64,000 nt of DNA, taken from positions 62,001 through 126,000 of the forward strand of contig NW_013657654.1 in the NCBI RefSeq assembly GCF_000142905.1, read 5' to 3'. The notes below the pieces were generated by a model, which saw nothing but the letters and a program-made list of their open reading frames with translations, had not been told where the DNA came from and did not search any database. The position numbers and the translations under genes are program-made. The stretch comes from Thecamonas trahens ATCC 50062. Lineage: Eukaryota; Protista; Apusomonadida. Numbering within the stretch: position 1 is the stretch's first letter; every line of letters starts with the position of its first letter. Below, in pieces: positions 58,918 to 64,000 of the stretch.

Positions 58918-59308
58918 GCCTTCAAACGTAGTGCGGTGCCCCCCCCTCTCTCCCCTCTCCCCTCACCTTGGCCACGACTGCCACCCCCTCCCGCCCGCTC
59001 GCCCGCCCGCCTGCCCTCCTCCCGCTGCTTCGCTTGCAAACCGTCGCCGTCTCGTCTCCCGCCCGCAACGCCTGCCCACCAACCGCCAACCGCCAACCGC
59101 CAACCGCCATCCAACACTCTACATGAGGTAAAAAAAATTAGTCGCCACCCCCCACCCGCCCCCCCCCCCTTCCTCGCTCCCCTCCCCTGTGACCACACTT
59201 CCCCTATGACCACACCTCCATGTCACACCTCCGTCACACTCCCCTCTCCCCCCTCCCCTCCCTCCCCCCACCACGCCCCACCACGCCCACCCGCCCACCC
59301 GCCCCACC

Positions 59309-60609
59309 ATGCCTCCGCCATGGATTCTCGCTGCCATCGTCGTCCTCGCCACAGGCATCGTCGCCCCAGTGGCTGGCCGTGCACCGCGTGCGCTCGCTGG
59401 CTCGGTCACGGTCGCCCCGCACGACGGCTTCTCCGTCCTCTCCTCGCCGCTCTGCCCCTGCTCGCTCAACTTCACCTTTACCTCCTCGTCGGGCAATGCG
59501 TCTGCTGCGGCCTTTGATCTCTACATCCTCACCCATACCCAGTACGGCGAGCTAGTCAACGATGGCCGCTCGCTCGCGCTCGAGCCGCACTGCCTCGATG
59601 CGTTGCAGTGCTCGCCGGGCGCGGGCAAGAGATCCGCTTTGCCGACGAAGCCGTCTTTCTTGTTCTCGGGCCGAGTGCCGGCTCGACCGCCAGCCAGGAT
59701 GTGGTCTACCGCGTCTCCATTCGCCCGACCGGGACTTGCATCGCCGCCATCGCCGGCATCGCCACCCTGTGGTTGGTGATTGTTGTCGGCGTGGCGGGCG
59801 TGTGCTGTGGCTACTCGCTCTACCGCCGCAAGCACGCCCGGCCCATCGCTGGTCAAAGCAGCGGTGAGTCGGTCAACGAGGCATCGGCGCTGGTGGCCGG
59901 TTCGGGAGGCACACACGCTGAGCTCGGGCACAAGCCGCACATCGACGCTCGGGTCTCCATCAAGACGCTCGTCACTCGCCGGCCATTCCCTGTCCCGCGT
60001 GAGCCATTTGCCACTTGGTGCCGGCACGAGCACCCATACCTCTGGCCGTTCTACCCGTACGCCGACGAGCCGCTCGTCAAGTCGGACCGGATCATGGTCA
60101 CCCTCACCGCAACCGCCGTCAACGTTCTGATCAACACGGCATGGGCGTCGGGCATGACCTCGGACTCGTCACAGTCCTCGTTCTCCACCTCGGCAAGCTA
60201 CCCGCGGGTCAATCTTGTCCACTACCTCGCCATCCTGCCGCTTGTGGTCATCGCCAAGTCGCTCACCGCCCTTGCCGTCTACCATCTGTACTTGGCAGCG
60301 GCCTGGGCTCGCGCGAGGCGCGAGGCCAAGAGCGACGGGCACGATCCGCCGATTGTCCTCGGCTTCTCCAAGGCTGCGCTCATCACGCTTGCTGCATCGG
60401 TTGCCGTCTTTGGTCTCCTTCTTTTCATCTACATCCTCATCATTGTTGCCATGATCCACCTCGCCGAAGACGAGAACTGCTACCAGGTCGTGGTCGGCAC
60501 GCTCTTTGGCATCCTCCTCGCCGAGTTCCTCGACATCACCGTGGTGTTTGCCGCCCGCGCCGGCGCCCTTTACAAGGTCCTGCTGATGCGCGGGAGTGGG
60601 GCCGAGTAG
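59309..60609 (+). CDS. Signal-peptide multi-pass membrane protein of unknown function; frame break at ~59625
   Basis: Signal peptide and ectodomain in ORF 59309; about 5 TM helices in ORF 59608; joined by +1 nt near GCGGGCAAG. Confidence 0.68.
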
Positions 60610-60692
60610 CGCAAAGGACGGCGTCCCTCGACTCGCGTCCGGCAACAGGCGAAGCGGCAACGCCATCTTGCTTTCATTGAACAGGCTATCAG

Positions 60693-62793
60693 TTAGAAGT
60701 TCTCCTTGTTGAAGACCAGCTGGATGCCCGAGGTGACGTCTGTGAGAATGTTGGCGAGGTAGCGGAGCTTACTGGCAATGACGGCCGGGCCGCAAAGGAA
60801 GATGCCGATCGTGCCCGGTGGCGCCGGCGGCTGAGTCCGGTGGCGGTCGGCGTAGCGGCGGAGGAGACCCTCAAAGTCTGGGCGGCCGTAGTAAGTCGGC
60901 GACTGCAGGCCGGTGATGACGTCGCCGCCGCCAGCCGAGCCACCGTGGCCGGCTTCGGCGTACACGATTTCACGGGCCTCGTCGAGCGAGAGCTTGGCAG
61001 TGAGGAAGACGTTGATCTCGAGCAGGTCGCCGAGCGCCTCCTGCTCGAGGGCGGCAAGGATGTCGGCAAACCACTCAAAGGCCGACTTGTCACGGCAAGT
61101 CCAGATAAAGTAGACCTTGGAGAGCCGCATCGAGCCCACGTCCATGACGCGGTACCACAGGTCTTTGAGAATTGAGGCAAACGGCGTGACACCGATACCG
61201 GCGCCCACAAGAACCGCCACCTCGTAGTCGTACACATCCTCGGACGCAGACCCGAACGGGCCGTCGATGCGGAACGAGAGCCCGTACGCGTCGGCCACCT
61301 CCGAGTCAATTGGCACGCCAGACTTGTCCCACGAGAGCCCAAGCCGGGCCGCCAGCGCGCGGGTCCAGTCGCCGACCACACGCACATGGACCGAGCACGT
61401 CTCCTCCTGTGGCGCAGAAGTGAGCGTGAACGGGTGCCACTCGTACCGCGCAATCGACGGGCAGTTAAGGAAGATGTACTGCCCGGCCACCATCCGGAAC
61501 GACGGCTTGATCAGCTGGATCTCGATGACCGAGCTCGGGTGCTGGATGATGTGCGCAATCTGCGTGTCAAAGTTGCCGCGCACCACCCGGAGCGCCCGCT
61601 CCAGACAGTAGAGGAAGCCCGGAAGGAGGAACCAGCCCCAGAACTGGTTCGGCTGCAGCGACGACGGCGTGCCGTGAATGATGAGCAGGCCAAAGAAGAT
61701 GACAAACAGATGATGCGTGTACCAGAACAGCTCAAAGCACTGCCGCCGCACCTTTTCCAGCGCAGTCGTGTAGATGAGCACCATGCACATGGTGATGATG
61801 TGGCCCGTCGAGCCGGCCACCGTCCCGAACGCCAGCGTGTGCGACGAGTCCTTTGTCTGGTCGCCCAGCGTGTCGTAGTTGAAGTAGTGCGCCGTCGCGT
61901 GCATCGCCACAGACACTGCAATGAGCCATGCACAGAACTTATGGAACTCGATGTTGAGGTCAAGAGGAATGATCGAGTGCACAAACGTGGCACGAAGTCG
62001 CGTCAGCAGGTTGCGGCACACAGGAAGCAGGAGCATCGAGCAGTTAAAGTTGAGCATCGCCGCCGCTCCACGTGCAATCGTCACACCCTCGCCAAGAAGC
62101 GCATACACCTGCTTGTTCTTGCCCGTCCGGTACCGCACGTACGTGAGGAGAAACACAAACACGTTGATGCCCATGTACACAATCAGACATGCCGTCGTTC
62201 GCCCATTGTTCACCGCAAAGTTCTTGAGCCGCTCTGTCCTCCATCAATTCCCCACCGACCACCGAGTAGCGCCCCGCCACAACATCCCCGCCCGTCCGCC
62301 CGTCCGCCCGTCCGCCCGTCCGCCCATTCCCCCACCGCCACACCCCGCACCCCCCCCCTNNNNNNNNNNNNNNNNNNNNNNNNNNNNNNNNNNNNNNNNN
62401 NNNNNNNNNNNNNNNNNNNNNNNNNNNNNNNNNNNNNNNNNNNNNNNNNNNNNNNNNNNNNNNNNNNNNNNNNNNNNNNNNNNNNNNNNNNNNNNNNNNN
62501 NNNNNNNNNNNNNNNNNNNNNNNNNNNNNNNNNNNNNNNNNNNNNNNNNNNNNNNNNNNNNNNNNNNNNNNNNNNNNNNNNNNNNNNNNNNNNNNNNNNN
62601 NNNNNNNNNNNNNNNNNNNNNNNNNNNNNCCCCCCCCCCCCCCCGTCCTCCCCTTCCCCCCCCCCCCCCCCCCCCTACCCCTACCCCTACCCCTTCCCAC
62701 CTCCCACACAAGTGCATGCAACTGAATATTGGCTATCTACAGGTACGTACCCTTTTTGGTCAGAGGACGCTCGCTTGCAGAGACAGGCTGCAT
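60693..62793 (-). CDS. NADPH oxidase (NOX2/NoxA type, no EF hands); exons 62793-62751 and 62233-60693
   Basis: Heme His pairs FHK..HATAH and THHLF..IHG; EWHPFTLTS, IDGPFG, GAGIGVTPF, FLCGP, KENF. G|GTACGT...ACAG|AG splice gives MQPVSASERPLTKKERLKNFAVNNG. The intron spans the assembly gap. Confidence 0.93.
62360..62629. other. Assembly gap (270 N) inside the predicted NOX intron, flanked by poly-C
   Basis: Run of N in the sequence. Confidence 1.
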
Positions 62794-62851
62794 GGTGGGG
62801 CCTCGGGAGGACAGAGAATTTGAGAGGCGAATGAGGGCAAAGAGCGTTTAA

Positions 62852-63468
62852 TCCTTTACGGTACGGAATGGTCAAATTTGTCCATCGCGCAAGCCGCGCT
62901 CTGCGACGGCTTGTTGGGGAATAGTGGTGATGACGAGCAGCCGCAGAGGTGCGGATCCGCTTGCGCGACGGCGCGGAGTCGGCGGCGTCGGGGCTGGCGG
63001 CGAGGGCGGCGAGGGCGTCGATGATGTCGCAGATAAAAGCCACGCGAGTCATATGGCGGGGTGTGAGATCGTGTCAGCGTAGAGCGCGTACGCGGCGTCC
63101 AGAATCCAGTACAAGATGGCGTGGCACCACTTGCGCGGCCACGCCGACTGGCAAGCTCGTCCGTCGCAAGACGTCCTCGCGCTCTCCCGTCCCGCTACTG
63201 TGTTCAACTCTGGCATGCTCTCCTTCCCGGTCCTCGGGGTCGTCAACGACAAGCTCCGCACCGTCCGCACCCGCCGCTCCTCCGGATCGGCGCCGTACGG
63301 CACCTCGCGCGCCTCGCCCATGCCCCAGGCGTCCGTCACCGCGACGGCAACTCGAGCATCCTTCAGGCGGGCGTCTACATGTCGGCCGCCATCAGGTGCG
63401 GGCGCGCCTCCCACCTCAAGCCGCTTGAGACGCGCGACAACGCGTCCGAACGACCGTAACGTTAGAGG
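62852..63468 (-). mobile_element. Non-autonomous piggyBac-family element, copy 2 (617 bp, both ends present)
   Basis: TTAA (62848-62851) + TCCTTTACGGTACGG at one end; CCGTAACGTTAGAGG + TTAT (63469-63472) at the other. Shares TACGGTCGTTCGGACGCG and RKW.HAI.YW.LDAA..TRVAF..DIIDA..RHHH with copy 1. Confidence 0.85.
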
Positions 63469-63576
63469 TTATCCGCCAAACTGGCCGGGTCCACGTGAAA
63501 AGGCGCTGGCGGTTGGGTGGGGTGGGATTGCAAAAAAAAAGACCACTTTATCGTCGCCTACCACTGGCAAACACCT

Positions 63577-64000
63577 TTAGCAACACTTGGTCTGCTCTGG
63601 CTTGCGTGCAGTGATGTACGCTGAGACGACGTAGTCCTCAACGCTGCGGCCGGGCGCCCACTCGCGGATAAAGTCACGCGAGTCGTCCTTGGGCTCGATG
63701 GAGACGTCGACAAAGCCAGCGTTCTCAAGCATCGACTGGAGGTCGGTGATGAGCGAGGCGCCGCCGATGCACGCCCCGATGAGGAATGCATCGCGGCGCA
63801 TCTCCTCGGGCAGCTCGATTGTGGCCACAACGTCCGAGAATGCCACCCGTCCGCCGGGCTTGAGCACCCGCCAGCACTCGTCAAAGACCTGCAGCTTGTC
63901 GGGCGAGAGGTTGATGACGCAGTTGGAGATGATGACGTCGACCTCGTCGTTGCCGATCGGGAGGTGCTCGATCTCACCGAGCCGGAACACGACATTGGCA
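63577..64000 (-). CDS. arsM: Arsenite S-adenosylmethionine methyltransferase, 5'-truncated
   Basis: FRLGEIEHLP, VDVIISNCVINLSPDK, RVLKPGGR...SDVV, ACIGGA, terminal CC. Confidence 0.9.
   Translation of the reverse strand, partial: ANVVFRLGEIEHLPIGNDEVDVIISNCVINLSPDKLQVFDECWRVLKPGGRVAFSDVVATIELPEEMRRDAFLIGACIGGASLITDLQSMLENAGFVDVSIEPKDDSRDFIREWAPGRSVEDYVVSAYITARKPEQTKCC

Noticed and set aside
62213-62243. NOX start at ATG 62243 with a frameshift
   Set aside because: A canonical phase-1 intron to an exon at 62751-62793 gives an in-frame, NOX-like N-terminus.

Overview
GC-rich, gene-dense, intron-poor eukaryotic nuclear DNA using the standard code. The gene set suggests a unicellular eukaryote; my unverified impression is an apusomonad such as Thecamonas. 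About 29 protein-coding genes are supportable: TOR (5'-truncated), RMC1/Mic1, acetate kinase, a CACUL1-like cullin-fragment protein, MTHFS, a TRIC channel, a 4-exon UBC4/5 E2, PH-RapGAP-CNH, LRR-ankyrin, two GT61-like glycosyltransferases, FUN14, F-box/ankyrin, a torsin-like ATPase, MATE, CUB-EGF and PSI membrane proteins, a PARP-like ART, a 12-TM class III cyclase, PAM18, a coiled-coil/FYVE-like protein, PIG-S, an alpha/beta hydrolase, MFS, kinesin-14, two unknowns, NADPH oxidase and ArsM (5'-truncated). Six GT-AG introns were reconstructed by hand. There are two decayed, oppositely oriented copies of one piggyBac family: one runs into a ~27x 20-bp minisatellite, the other sits 58 bp upstream of the NOX start codon. 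About 16 reading-frame breaks all need +1 nt to repair, with one possible exception. Most lie at short homopolymers, so assembly undercalls are the leading explanation, but insertional editing or -1 recoding is testable. Other notable points are a cyclase with inverted C1/C2 residue distribution and no catalytic Arg, a DWG-for-DFG TOR kinase, and recurring promoter-like motifs. No rRNA, tRNA or CRISPR array was recognised. Family calls come from motif recognition, not database searches.
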